A stretch of 64,000 nt of DNA from Deltaproteobacteria bacterium (GCA_040218735.1 JAVJQW010000022.1:64001-128000), one strand, 5' to 3'; counted from the stretch's first letter, positions 51,698 to 61,676 are shown. Notes: generated by a model not told the origin, from the letters alone. Made by a program: numbers and translations.

Positions 51698-52723
51698 ATG
51701 GTTCAAGAGCCTCTGCTCCGCGGCGCCAACGCGCTGTACAAAGGTCAGACCCTCGCCAACGCGGCCCTCTCGAACGGGGCGCTCGCGGTGGCCTATCGGC
51801 TACTCGGGTGGGCGGGAGAACCTCCGCCGAAGGCGGCGCAACGCGCCTTGCAGCAGCGCTTCGACGCCATGATGGACACGGACTGGGAAAACGCCCGGGC
51901 CGGTTATTACCCGATGCGCTGGTTGTTCGCGTCGCCGTTCCTACGGCACGGCCGACAGCTCCCCCGCATCCTGCGCGACGCGCCGCGCGTGGTTCGTCGT
52001 CGCCGACAGGCGCGTCACGACGACCTCCCCCAGGACGTCGATCGCGCGAAGTACCCGCGCTACTACCTGCGCAACTTCCACTGGCAGACGGACGGCTGGT
52101 TCTCGTCACACTCCGCGGAGCTGTACGACGCTTCGGTCGAGGTGCTGTTCGGCGGCGCCGCGGACATGATGCGACGCATGGTCATCCCGCCGGTGGTCGA
52201 CGGGCTGGCGGGCGTCGCGGAGCCGCGCGTGCTCGACGTCGCGTGCGGCACGGGTGAGTTCCTGTCGCGGCTGAAGACCGCCCTCCCCCGCGGTCGCTTC
52301 ACGGGCCTGGATCTCTCCGAGGCGTACCTCGACCACGGTCGCCGAACGCACGGCGACGCCCACCTCGTGTGGGGCAACGCGGAGCGGATGCCGTTCGACG
52401 ACGCGAGCTTCGACGCGCTGACGTGCATCTTCCTCTTCCACGAGCTCCCGCGCGCCGTGCGCCGCACGGTGATGGCGGAGCTGCTCCGCGTCGTGCGCCC
52501 GGGCGGCCGCGTGGTGATCGAAGACTCGGCGCAGCTGGTGGAGAGCGGCGTCCTCGAGCACTTCCTGAAGCGCTTCCCGGTCGTCTACCACGAGCCCTTT
52601 TACGCCGATTACCTGAAGGACGACCTCGCCGAGGTCGCGCGTGGCGCGGGCTTCGAGGTGATCGAGAGCCGGCCGTACGTGGTGTCCAAGGTCGTGACCC
52701 TGCGCCGCCCCGCGGTGAACTGA
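51698..52723 (+). CDS. Class I SAM-dependent methyltransferase
   Basis: YPRYYLRNFHWQTDGW, VLDVACGTG, FLFHELP, YHEPFY. Confidence 0.92.
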   Translation: MVQEPLLRGANALYKGQTLANAALSNGALAVAYRLLGWAGEPPPKAAQRALQQRFDAMMDTDWENARAGYYPMRWLFASPFLRHGRQLPRILRDAPRVVRRRRQARHDDLPQDVDRAKYPRYYLRNFHWQTDGWFSSHSAELYDASVEVLFGGAADMMRRMVIPPVVDGLAGVAEPRVLDVACGTGEFLSRLKTALPRGRFTGLDLSEAYLDHGRRTHGDAHLVWGNAERMPFDDASFDALTCIFLFHELPRAVRRTVMAELLRVVRPGGRVVIEDSAQLVESGVLEHFLKRFPVVYHEPFYADYLKDDLAEVARGAGFEVIESRPYVVSKVVTLRRPAVN

Positions 52724-52737
52724 AGCGGGACCGCGGG

Positions 52738-53691
52738 TCAGAACGGGAGCTTCGTTACCGCGGCCTTCGCCTTCGCGTCTCCCCACACGAGCTGGACCTC
52801 GGTGCCCTCCGCCTCGTTCTTCGTGTGGACGTAGCCGAGCGCGATGACGCCGTGGGCGTCGGAGCGGACGGCGCTCGTGACCTCGCCGGTGTCTTCTTCG
52901 CCGACGACGATCTTCGCGTCCTTCGGCGGGACGGTGTCGCCCTCGACGCGGAGCCCGACGAGGCGGTGTTTCACGCCGCCGAGGTTGTGGGCGCGCGCGA
53001 TGACCTCCTGGCCGACGTAGCAGCCCTTCGTGAAGCTGATCCAGTCCACGAGGTTGGCCTCGAGCGGGATGGTGTCGTCGTCGACGTCGACGCCGTCGCG
53101 TGCGACGCCCGACTCGACGCGCACGATGTCGAGGGAGTCTTCGTCCACCTCGATCGCGCCCGCGACGATCAGCGCCTTCACAGCGTCGTCGCCTTTACGC
53201 GGGAGCGCGAGGATCTCGTAACCCTCCACGCCGATCACGCCGTCGTCGCGCATGACGCGCACGTCGCCGACGTCGGCGTAGCTCAGGTCTTCGAGCGCCG
53301 GCACCGCCCACCCCGCTTCGGAGATCAGCTTGCGCGCCGAGGGCCCGTAGACCGCGATGACCTCGCGCGTGTCCGTCGCGTCGGACAACGTGACGTCGTC
53401 CATGATGATGAGTTTGTTGAGCTCGGTCGCGACGCGCTGGGCGGACGTCTCGAGGACGTCGATCAGATACGCGTCGTCCTCGGCGCGCACGCGCAGCATC
53501 CCCTCCACGCGTCCGCGGTTGTTCGGTTTGATCGCCCGCTGCATGCGGCCGGTCGCGAGCTTCGAGACGTCGCTCGTGATCATCCCGTTCAGGAATCGCT
53601 CGCGGTCGGGCCCCGCGATGCGCAGGGTGTAGAGGTCGTCCCGGCGGACGACGGCAGCGCCGTTGCGGATCGCTTCGACTTCTTCGTTCAC
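52738..53691 (-). CDS. ygfZ: YgfZ/GcvT-family folate-binding protein
   Basis: GPDRERFLNGMITSD, KGCYVGQEVIAR. Confidence 0.9.
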   Translation of the reverse strand: MNEEVEAIRNGAAVVRRDDLYTLRIAGPDRERFLNGMITSDVSKLATGRMQRAIKPNNRGRVEGMLRVRAEDDAYLIDVLETSAQRVATELNKLIIMDDVTLSDATDTREVIAVYGPSARKLISEAGWAVPALEDLSYADVGDVRVMRDDGVIGVEGYEILALPRKGDDAVKALIVAGAIEVDEDSLDIVRVESGVARDGVDVDDDTIPLEANLVDWISFTKGCYVGQEVIARAHNLGGVKHRLVGLRVEGDTVPPKDAKIVVGEEDTGEVTSAVRSDAHGVIALGYVHTKNEAEGTEVQLVWGDAKAKAAVTKLPF

Positions 53692-53698
53692 GGATCCC

Positions 53699-54349
53699 TC
53701 ACCAGTTCTTGCCGATGCGCTCCGCCGGCATCCCCGCCGTGACGAGCGCCTCGGTCACGCCCTCCATCATCGCCTTCATCCCGCAGATGTACGCAACCGC
53801 GTTGTCGACCGGAGGCGGGTCGGCGCGGAACTTGTCCTGCACCCACGGCTTGGAGACCGACTGCACGATGTCGATGCGGTCGCGCCGCCAGTCCTCGAAC
53901 TCCCCGCGGAACGCGAAGTCCTGGTCGGTGTGCGCGCCGACGTAGAGCGTGATGCGCCCGTACGCGGAGCGGTCCTTGCGGAGGAACTGGACGAGCGGGC
54001 GGATGGGCGCAATGGCCGAGCCGACCGCGAACAGGAGCACGTCGTTGCCCTTGGCCATCGCGACGTCGAAGCCGCGCCCCATCGGCGGGTCCATCGTGAT
54101 GGTCTTGCCCGGCTCGGGGCCGATCTTGCCCGCGGCGCCCGGTCCGAGGAGGACCTCCAGGTGGTCGTCGCCCGGCGAGGACGCGATCGCGAGGTAGACC
54201 TGGTCCTCGGGCGTGGGCCGGACCACGACGACCTGCCCGGGCGTCGCGTACTTCGCCCGCACGTCGTCGTCGCACTTCACACGGATCCTCAGGAGGCTCG
54301 GGGTCTCCTCCGTGACGGTCTCGATGGTGGCTTGGATGCTGTCGGCCAT
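53699..54349 (-). CDS. FNR-like FAD/NAD(P)-binding oxidoreductase
   Basis: TPGQVV, LAIASSPG, PMGRGF, AVGSAIAPIR, YICG. Confidence 0.88.
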   Translation of the reverse strand: MADSIQATIETVTEETPSLLRIRVKCDDDVRAKYATPGQVVVVRPTPEDQVYLAIASSPGDDHLEVLLGPGAAGKIGPEPGKTITMDPPMGRGFDVAMAKGNDVLLFAVGSAIAPIRPLVQFLRKDRSAYGRITLYVGAHTDQDFAFRGEFEDWRRDRIDIVQSVSKPWVQDKFRADPPPVDNAVAYICGMKAMMEGVTEALVTAGMPAERIGKNW

Positions 54350-54412
54350 GGTCCGGCGAACCAACCACGAACCGCCTCCGCCATCCAGGCTTGCCAGAGC
54401 GGGGCTTTTTAT

Positions 54413-54434
54413 TTATAACGAACGTTCGAAATAA
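54413..54434. promoter_or_regulatory. Palindromic TetR operator
   Basis: ttat-aa-cgaacgttcg-aa-ataa, 4 nt before the TetR start, in an AT-rich divergent spacer. Confidence 0.75.
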
Positions 54435-54438
54435 GAAA

Positions 54439-54990
54439 ATGCCTCGCCAAGTCGACCACGAAGCCTACCGGACGGACCTCGTCACCCGCTGCACGCCCCT
54501 CTTCGCCGAGCAGGGCTACACGTCGCTGACCATGCGGAAGATCGCCAAACACCTCGGCGTCTCGACGGGCACGCTCTACCACTACTTCCCGAACAAGGAG
54601 GCGCTGTTCAAACACGTCGCCCGGGCCGTCGCCGCCGAGGACCTCGGCCAGGCGCGCATCGCGATCCCCGAGGGCCTGTCGACCGCCGCCCGCGCCCGCG
54701 CGGTGCTCACCTACGTCGAGCTGATGGAGTCGTACTTCCTCCAGCAGAACCTCGTCCTCATCGAGTACTTCCGCACCGTCCCCGCCGAAGAGATCCGCAC
54801 CGACGTCGCGCTCCGCAGCGCCGCGGACTTCTACCAAGGCACCGTCGCCGAGCTCCTCGGCATCGACACCGACCGCGCCAAGGCGGTCCTCATGTTCCTC
54901 AAGGGGCTGATCCTCCAGCGCCTCTACGACGGCGGGCTCACTACGTTCGCCGACCAGGCCCCGTACCTCGAAGCCTTGCTCAACGATTGA
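54439..54990 (+). CDS. TetR/AcrR-family regulator
   Basis: FAEQGYTSLTMRKIAKHLGVSTGTLYHYFPNKEALF. Confidence 0.95.
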   Translation: MPRQVDHEAYRTDLVTRCTPLFAEQGYTSLTMRKIAKHLGVSTGTLYHYFPNKEALFKHVARAVAAEDLGQARIAIPEGLSTAARARAVLTYVELMESYFLQQNLVLIEYFRTVPAEEIRTDVALRSAADFYQGTVAELLGIDTDRAKAVLMFLKGLILQRLYDGGLTTFADQAPYLEALLND

Positions 54991-56363
54991 AGGAGATGAC
55001 CATGTCCGCTGCGCAAATCGCGACCCGTCTATTCAAAGGAACGCCGCGTCCGCCGGGCCCGGTCGGCCTCCCCTTCCTCGGCCCGATGTGGGCCTACCAG
55101 AAGGACCCGCTCGCCTTCATGCTCGACGCGAAGCACCGCTACGGCGACGTGGTGTTCACGCGCTTCGCCGGCTTCGGCGCGTACCTCGTGAGCAGCCCCG
55201 ACGGCATCGAGTACATCCTGCGGACGAACCGCGACAACTTCACGAAGAGCGCGCTCATCGAACGCTTCCGCGTCGTGCTGGGCGACGGGCTCCTCACCAG
55301 CAGCGGCCCGCTGTGGACGCGGCAACGGAAGCTCATCGCGCCCGCCTTCCACCACAAACGGGTGCAGTCGTACGTCGAAGCGATGACCGACGTGATCGAT
55401 CGCCACCTCTCGCAATGGCGCCCCGGCGATCGCGAGGTCACACAGGACATGATGCGGCTGACGCTCGACATCGCGGTCCGCACGCTCTTCGGCACCGCGA
55501 CCGGCGACGCCAGCGAGCGCGTCGGGCGCGCGCTCGAGACCGTCGTCGACTACTTCGCCGAGACGCTCTCCTATCCGCTCCCCATCCCGCTCTCCGTGCC
55601 GACGCCGCAGAACCGCCGCTTCCTCGGCGCGCGGGACGAGTTGTTCGACGTCGTCCAGCGCATCATCCGCGAGAAGCGCAAGAGCCCCGACGGCGACGAC
55701 CTGCTGTCGATGCTCCTCGCGCTCGAGGACGAGGACGGCCAGGGCATGAACGACCAGCAGCTGCAGGACGAGGTCCTCACGCTGCTCCTCGCCGGCCACG
55801 AGACCACCGCGCTGACGCTCACGTACACGTTCGATCTCCTCGCGCGTCACCCCGAGGAGGAGCGCGCCCTGCACGCGGAGGTCGACCGCGTGCTGGCGGA
55901 CCGCACCCCGACGCTGGAGGATCTGTCCGGCCTGGTTCGCGTGGAGCAGGTCGTGAAGGAGTCGATGCGTCTGTTCCCCCCGGCGGCCACGCTCATTCGG
56001 CAGGCGCAGGCGGACGACGTCGTGCTCGGGTGGCCGGTGCCGAAGGGCTCGCTCGTCGTGCTCCCGCAGTGGGTCACCCACCGCGACGCACGCTGGTTCG
56101 AATCCCCGGACGACTTCAAACCCGAGCGCTGGACCAAGGCGCTCGAAGAGCAGCTCCCGCGCTACGCGTACTTCCCGTTCGGGGGAGGCCCGCGCATCTG
56201 CATCGGGAGCGCGTTTGCGATGCTGGAGGCGCGGCTCGCGGTCGCGATGATCGCGCAGCGCTACACCCTCGCCCGGCTCGACGATCGCCCGTTGGATCTC
56301 CAGGCGTCGATCACCATCCGCCCCCGGAACGGCCTGACGATGCGCGCCGAACTGCGGCGGTGA
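54987..56363 (+). CDS. Cytochrome P450
   Basis: AGHETT, ESMR, PERW, FPFGGGPRICIG. Confidence 0.97.
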   Translation: MKEMTMSAAQIATRLFKGTPRPPGPVGLPFLGPMWAYQKDPLAFMLDAKHRYGDVVFTRFAGFGAYLVSSPDGIEYILRTNRDNFTKSALIERFRVVLGDGLLTSSGPLWTRQRKLIAPAFHHKRVQSYVEAMTDVIDRHLSQWRPGDREVTQDMMRLTLDIAVRTLFGTATGDASERVGRALETVVDYFAETLSYPLPIPLSVPTPQNRRFLGARDELFDVVQRIIREKRKSPDGDDLLSMLLALEDEDGQGMNDQQLQDEVLTLLLAGHETTALTLTYTFDLLARHPEEERALHAEVDRVLADRTPTLEDLSGLVRVEQVVKESMRLFPPAATLIRQAQADDVVLGWPVPKGSLVVLPQWVTHRDARWFESPDDFKPERWTKALEEQLPRYAYFPFGGGPRICIGSAFAMLEARLAVAMIAQRYTLARLDDRPLDLQASITIRPRNGLTMRAELRR

Positions 56364-56364
56364 G

Positions 56365-57315
56365 TCAGGACCAGGGGAGCGCCTTGCGCGTCGACCAGTA
56401 GTCGGCGGGCGCCTCGGCGTCGTCGAACACCGCCTCGTCCACCTCGAGGTCCCGCGCGGCGAGGTTGGCGTCGAGCTGGGCCGGCGTGACGGCGCCGCTC
56501 AGGACGACGTCGACCCAAGAGCGGGACGCGATCGCCGCGAGCGCGACGGCGTCCACCGTGACGTCGTTCGCCGCCGCGATCGACCGCAACACTTCCTGCT
56601 TCGCCGAGGCCAATGTTGCGAGGCCGCGCTCGGTGAGGCGTCCATTGGCGACGCCCTCCTTCACGATCACCGCGAGCCCTTCGCCGTGCGCGGTCTCGAG
56701 CGCAGCGCCCGCGCTCGTCTCGAGCACGTTGTACGTCGCCTGCACGGCGTCGAAGAGGCGCCGTCCCTCGACCTCGATCTCGAGCGCTCGCTTCAGTGTA
56801 TCGGCCTGACCGACACCCGAGAGCGACAGCCCGATCAAAAAGCCGTGCTCCGCGCGCAGGGCGTGGAGGCGTTCGTGCACGTCGGCATCGTCGAGGACGC
56901 CGCTGTCCAGCGTCGCCGAGTGGATCTGATAGAGGCCGAGTCGATCGCCGAGCAACGCGCGCGACTCGGCCTGTTGTCGGTCGAGCACCGCGAGGCCGTG
57001 GTCCTTCACCTCGTGGACGTCGGCGTCGACCGTCCAGTCCGCGGTGTACGTGTAGCCCCACTTCGAGCTGATGGTCGGGCGGTGCCCACGGGCGTCGAGC
57101 CAAGAAGCGAGGAAACGCTCTGCGTAGCCGTAGGATCGCGCGGTGTCGACGTGGCGGACCCCGACCGACCACGCGTGGTCGAGGAGCGCGTGCGCCCGGC
57201 GTTCGAAGGTCGCGACGGATCGGTCCTCGCCGAGGTCCGCGTCACGTCCGAGGGTGATGTAGCCGGGGCGGCCGATCGCGGCGAGGCCGAGGCCGAAGCG
57301 GGAAGCGAAGCGCAC
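56365..57315 (-). CDS. Aldo/keto reductase
   Basis: GLGLAAIGRPGYI, DTARSYG, SSKWGY, LYQIHS. Confidence 0.92.
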   Translation of the reverse strand: MRFASRFGLGLAAIGRPGYITLGRDADLGEDRSVATFERRAHALLDHAWSVGVRHVDTARSYGYAERFLASWLDARGHRPTISSKWGYTYTADWTVDADVHEVKDHGLAVLDRQQAESRALLGDRLGLYQIHSATLDSGVLDDADVHERLHALRAEHGFLIGLSLSGVGQADTLKRALEIEVEGRRLFDAVQATYNVLETSAGAALETAHGEGLAVIVKEGVANGRLTERGLATLASAKQEVLRSIAAANDVTVDAVALAAIASRSWVDVVLSGAVTPAQLDANLAARDLEVDEAVFDDAEAPADYWSTRKALPWS

Positions 57316-57348
57316 GCGGCGAGGTTAGGCCGCGCGCGCTGGTCGACG

Positions 57349-58980
57349 CTACTGGCAGAGGTTCGTCATCGGGTTGCAGCTCTGACCCGGTGCGCAGTCC
57401 GCGTTCGTCATGCACGGCGTGCCGTTGCTCGGCGGGCCACACGTCGCGGTGCTCGGGTCGCAGACCTCACCCATCGGGCAGTCCGCGTCCGTCATGCACC
57501 CGTTACCGCTCCCCGGGCCGCAGGTCGCCGTCGCGGGGTCACAGACCTGGTTCGGCGGGCAGTCGGCGTTGGTCATGCAGCCGTTGCTGTTGCCCGGCAC
57601 GCACTGGTTCGTCATCGGGTCGCACTGCTGGCCCGGCGCGCAGTCGGCGTTCGAGGTGCAGCCGTTGCTGTTGCCCGGCACACACTGCGCCGTGTTCTGG
57701 TCGCAGATCTCGCCCATCGGGCAGTCCGCGTCCGTCATGCACGCGTTGCCGGTGTTCCCGACGCACTGCGCAGTCATGGGATCACACACCTGGTTCGGCG
57801 GGCAATCGGCGTCCGTCATGCAGCCGTTGCTGTTCCCAGGCACGCACTGGTTCGTCATCGGGTCGCACTGTTGGCCCGGCGCGCAGTCGGCGTTCGAGGT
57901 GCAGCCGTTGTTGTTCCCCGGCACACACTGCGCCGTGTTCGGATCACACACCTCGCCCATCGGGCAGTCCGCGTCCGTCATGCACGCGTTGCTGTTGCCC
58001 GGTACGCACTGGTTCGTCATCGGATCGCAGATCTGATTCGCCGGGCAGTCCGCGTCCGTCATGCAGCCGTTGTTGTTCCCCGGCACGCACTGGTTCGTCA
58101 TTGGGTCACAGACCTGGCTGGGTGCGCAGTCGGCGTTCGAAGTGCAGCCGTTGTTGTTCCCCGGCGTGCACTGCTGCGTGTTCGGGTCGCAGATCTGACC
58201 CATCGGGCAGTCGGCGTTCGAAGTGCAGCCGTTGTTGTTCCCCGGCACGCACTGGTTCGTCATCGGGTTGCACTGCTGGTTCGCCGGGCAGTCGGCGTCG
58301 GTCATGCAGCCGTTCGAAGAGCCCGGCACGCACTGCGCGGTGCTCGGGTCGCAGACCTGGTTGGCGGGGCAGTCGGCGTCGGACATGCAGACGTTGCTGT
58401 TTCCCGGCACACACTGCGCGACGCTGGGATCGCAGACCTGGCTCGGCGGGCAGTCGGCGTTGGTCATGCACGCGTTCGGCGCGGTGCCGCAGGTGCCGTT
58501 GGTGCAGAGCTGCCCCATCAGGCAGTCTGCGTCGCTCGTACACTGCGCCGCGGAGTTGAACATGCCGTAGGTCGAGAAGTGCTCGAGCGCGCCGCGCGCG
58601 ACGCCGCCTTCGATCGTCTGGTTCGCGAGCGGCACGGGTCGCTCCGGATCCGCCCACGCGAGGACGACGTCCGTGCGGCCGCCGGTGCGCAACGCCAGCG
58701 TCGCGTCGTTCGTGAACGTGAGCCCGTCCGGGCCGAAGTCGTACAGGCGCGACACGAGGTCGGCGCGCTCGACGCTGCGAACCTCGATCGTGATCTCGGT
58801 GGTGGTGTCGAGGGCGCCCGCCGGGATGACGAGCTCCGCGATGCCGTCGGCGCTCATCAGCTTGCCGCCGTCGGGGCCGATCGATGCGCCGGTGCGTTCG
58901 ATCAACACGGTTTCTTGAGTGCACGCCGAAACGAGCAGCGGGAGGAGAACAGCGAGTGTAGTTCGGACGTTCATCATCAT
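57349..58980 (-). CDS. Lipoprotein with ZU5-like domain and 15 Cys-rich 27-aa repeats
   Basis: Lipobox LVSAC; IGPDGG..LVIPAGAL..FGPDGLTF..HFSTY; repeats CxxxADCxxxQxCDPxTxQCVPG. Confidence 0.88.
   Translation of the reverse strand: MMMNVRTTLAVLLPLLVSACTQETVLIERTGASIGPDGGKLMSADGIAELVIPAGALDTTTEITIEVRSVERADLVSRLYDFGPDGLTFTNDATLALRTGGRTDVVLAWADPERPVPLANQTIEGGVARGALEHFSTYGMFNSAAQCTSDADCLMGQLCTNGTCGTAPNACMTNADCPPSQVCDPSVAQCVPGNSNVCMSDADCPANQVCDPSTAQCVPGSSNGCMTDADCPANQQCNPMTNQCVPGNNNGCTSNADCPMGQICDPNTQQCTPGNNNGCTSNADCAPSQVCDPMTNQCVPGNNNGCMTDADCPANQICDPMTNQCVPGNSNACMTDADCPMGEVCDPNTAQCVPGNNNGCTSNADCAPGQQCDPMTNQCVPGNSNGCMTDADCPPNQVCDPMTAQCVGNTGNACMTDADCPMGEICDQNTAQCVPGNSNGCTSNADCAPGQQCDPMTNQCVPGNSNGCMTNADCPPNQVCDPATATCGPGSGNGCMTDADCPMGEVCDPSTATCGPPSNGTPCMTNADCAPGQSCNPMTNLCQ
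57352..58545. repeat. 81-bp coding tandem repeat array with 243-bp higher-order period
   Basis: 15 units counted in the translation. Confidence 0.9.
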
Positions 58981-58999
58981 TCCTTTGTCCAGAGTCCGG

Positions 59000-59016
59000 C
59001 CGTGGGTTGCCGGCAC
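59000..59016 (-). promoter_or_regulatory. 17-bp motif, copy 1 (upstream of the Cys-rich lipoprotein)
   Basis: ccgtgggttgccggcac, identical to 61726-61742. Confidence 0.65.
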
Positions 59017-59028
59017 TCGCGGATGTGT

Positions 59029-61131
59029 TCATTCGTCCGCTTCGATTTTCTCCAACGCCGCGCGGAGCGCGGTCTCGTCGTCTACGTCGCGCGCCTCGTG
59101 CGCCGCACGAATCGCGACGACGTGCGCACGGATCCGAATCGATCGCGCCTGCGACGGACCGAGGAGCGGCGCCACGACGCGACGCGCGAGCGCGGCGTCC
59201 TCGTTCACGAGGCGCGCCCCGATCGTCAGCCGCGCGGAGCGCACCGCGAAGCTCGACGTCCCCGCGGCCTCCAGCGTCTGCACCGCGAACGCAAAGCGCC
59301 CCGCCTCCACCGCGAGCTGCGCCGTCAGCACGGCGCGCTCCGGACCGAGCCGTCCGGCACCGAAGCGACGCTGCGACGACGCGAGCAACGCGAGCGCCCC
59401 CTCGAGGTCCCCGGCGGCGCCGAGCATCTCCGCGCGACGCCAGAGCGCCTCCTCCGCGAGGGCCGGCGAGGTCGACGCGTTGGCGTAGGCATCGGCGGCG
59501 GCCGCGAAGTCATTCGCGCGGCGGCGCTTGTCGCCGAGCACGAGCCAGGCCTTCGGCGTGCGCGGGGGGGCGTCGGCGTGCTCAGGAGAGGCGCCATCCG
59601 CGGGGTCCGTGATGGAGTCGCCGGGTTCGTCCTTGCGTGGTCCGTTGTCCGCAGTGGCGTCGTCGCGCGGAGCGCCGTCCGCGGACCGCGTGGCGGGTTC
59701 ATCGCGCTGTTCCCCACGCGAAGCGCCGTCGGCGGAGCGCGCGGTGGGCGCGTCGCGCTGTGCCCCACGCGAAGCGCCGTCCGCGGACCGCGTGGCGGGT
59801 TCATCACGTTCGTCGTCTTGCGGAGCGCCGTCCGCCGCGCCCGCGGACGGTCCGTCACGCGCGCCCTCTGCCGACGTGCGCGCGTCGGCGGGGGAGCCGT
59901 CGGCGCGCGCGCCGGGCGCTCGTGCGGAGGGGTCGTCCGAAGGCCGCGCGGCCGCACCCTCGCGCGCGCTCCGGGCTTCGGCGGACGCGCGCGCGCTGGG
60001 CGCGTCGCGTGCGGCCGCGGCCCCGCCAACCTTGGCGTTCACCGCGGGCGTATCGCGTGCGGGGGGAGCTTCGGTGGAAGCGTCATCCGCAGCGTGCGGA
60101 CTGGAGCCATCGCGCGCGGCCCGCGCTTCGGCCGACGTGCCTGCCGAGCGCACCGCCGACGCTTCGCGCGCCGCCCGAGCTTCGTCCGAAGCGCGCACAT
60201 GGGGAGCGTCGCCTGAAGGGAGCGCGCCGTCCGTGGAGCGCGCACCCGACGCGCCGCGTGAGGCCGGCGCCCCGTCCGCGTCGCGCGTTCGTTCGTGCCG
60301 TGCGGATGCGTTCATCGCAACGTGGTCGCCCACGTCATCGGCCGCCCTCGCGCCGGCCGGGTCGGTGCCCTCGGAGCGCGCCGTCGTCGTTCCGACTTCG
60401 TCACGCGCCGCAGACGCAGCGTCGCTCGCCCCCGCGACGTCGCGCGGGATCCGGATCGACTGCCGCGCCGCCACGCGATGGAGCCGCGCGCCCTCGGTCG
60501 CCTCGACGACGCCCTCCTCCACCGACAGCTCCGTGCGTGCGGCCAACACGCGCACGGTGAAGCGCGTGCCGACGACGCGGATCGTCGTGTGCGGCGTCGA
60601 CACCCAGAACCCACCGTCCCGCGGCGCGACGTCGAAGCGCATCGTCCCGAGCAGCACCCGGACCTCGGAGCGCGCGTCCAGGTCGACGACGAACGTCGCG
60701 CCGTCCGGCGCAGCCAAGGCGGCGTCGGCGAAGACGAGCTTGGTCCCCGCCTCGGCCACGAGCTCGGCCCGCAACGGCAACGCACCCTCCACCGCCGCGC
60801 CGGCGTGGAGAACGCGCCCCTGCACCACCGGCGACGAAGGCCACAGGATCAACGCAGCGCACAGCGCCACCGCGGCCGCGGCGACGGGCCACGCGATCCA
60901 CGTCGGCCGACGCCGCGACACCTTCGCGTCCACGCCGAGCCGCAGCGCGCGCAGCTGATCGGCGTCGGGCTCGCGGGCGTTCTCGCGGAGGATCGTGCGC
61001 GCGTCGTGCAACACCTCGAAGGCGCGCTCACACTCGACACACTTCGCCGCGTGGCGCGTGAACGACGCGCGCTCCTCCTTGGCGAGGAACTCGAAACGGG
61101 CGGCCTCCACGGTGCGCGGGCAACGGCTCAC
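59029..61131 (-). CDS. Anti-sigma factor: HxxxCxxC zinc finger, TM, FecR domain, low-complexity linker, TPR-like end
   Basis: HAAKCVEC; TM; VSTPHTTIRVVGTRFTV..LSVEEGVV; GTGA overlap with the ECF gene. Confidence 0.88.
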   Translation of the reverse strand: MSRCPRTVEAARFEFLAKEERASFTRHAAKCVECERAFEVLHDARTILRENAREPDADQLRALRLGVDAKVSRRRPTWIAWPVAAAAVALCAALILWPSSPVVQGRVLHAGAAVEGALPLRAELVAEAGTKLVFADAALAAPDGATFVVDLDARSEVRVLLGTMRFDVAPRDGGFWVSTPHTTIRVVGTRFTVRVLAARTELSVEEGVVEATEGARLHRVAARQSIRIPRDVAGASDAASAARDEVGTTTARSEGTDPAGARAADDVGDHVAMNASARHERTRDADGAPASRGASGARSTDGALPSGDAPHVRASDEARAAREASAVRSAGTSAEARAARDGSSPHAADDASTEAPPARDTPAVNAKVGGAAAARDAPSARASAEARSAREGAAARPSDDPSARAPGARADGSPADARTSAEGARDGPSAGAADGAPQDDERDEPATRSADGASRGAQRDAPTARSADGASRGEQRDEPATRSADGAPRDDATADNGPRKDEPGDSITDPADGASPEHADAPPRTPKAWLVLGDKRRRANDFAAAADAYANASTSPALAEEALWRRAEMLGAAGDLEGALALLASSQRRFGAGRLGPERAVLTAQLAVEAGRFAFAVQTLEAAGTSSFAVRSARLTIGARLVNEDAALARRVVAPLLGPSQARSIRIRAHVVAIRAAHEARDVDDETALRAALEKIEADE
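59670..59810. repeat. 51-bp coding tandem repeat (about 3 copies)
   Basis: RDEPATRSADGASRGAQ / RDAPTARSADGASRGEQ / RDEPATRSADGAPR. Confidence 0.8.
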
Positions 61132-61676
61132 CGCTGGCCTCCCATCTTCTCGTAGAGCGCCATCAGCTCCTTGCGCGCGTGGTACAGGCGCGTGCGCACC
61201 GTCGCCTCGTTGATGTCGAGCGCCTCCGCGACCTCCTTGCCGCTGAGCCCTTCGACTTCGTAGAGCACGTACACCACGCGCTTCTTCGCGGGGATCTGCA
61301 TCAGGCAACGCCACACGCGCATCAGCTCGGCGCGCTCCGCGACGGTTCGCTCGACGTCCGGGCTCCGATCGACGATCGGCTCCGCCTCCACCGCCTGCTT
61401 CAGGCGACGACGGCGGCGCCAGGAGCGCAGGTGCATCAGCACCGTCCGCGTCGCGATGCCGTAGAGCCAGGTCTCGACCTTCGCGTCGCCCCTGAACCGC
61501 GGCAACGCGCGATGCGCGCCGAGGAAGACGTCCTGTGCGATGTCCTGCACGTCTGCGTCACTCGCCCCCGGGCCGAGCAGGCTCGCGACCATTCGATACA
61601 CGCGTGCACCGTGTTGCCGAACCAGCTGGTCGATCGTCAGCGTCGACCCCCCAAGTTCGGTCACCTCCTGGTGCAT
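61128..61676 (-). CDS. ECF sigma-70 factor
   Basis: DVQDIAQDVF, FRGDAKVETWLYGIA, EGLSGKEVAEALDINEATVRTRLYHARK. Confidence 0.95.
   Translation of the reverse strand: MHQEVTELGGSTLTIDQLVRQHGARVYRMVASLLGPGASDADVQDIAQDVFLGAHRALPRFRGDAKVETWLYGIATRTVLMHLRSWRRRRRLKQAVEAEPIVDRSPDVERTVAERAELMRVWRCLMQIPAKKRVVYVLYEVEGLSGKEVAEALDINEATVRTRLYHARKELMALYEKMGGQR

Noticed and set aside
57352-58545. Possible CRISPR array
   Set aside because: In-frame 81-bp coding repeats, no unique spacers, no cas genes.
56686-60216. 1176-aa plus-strand ORF with repeats
   Set aside because: Antisense to the AKR, Cys-rich and anti-sigma genes; its repeats mirror the Cys array.
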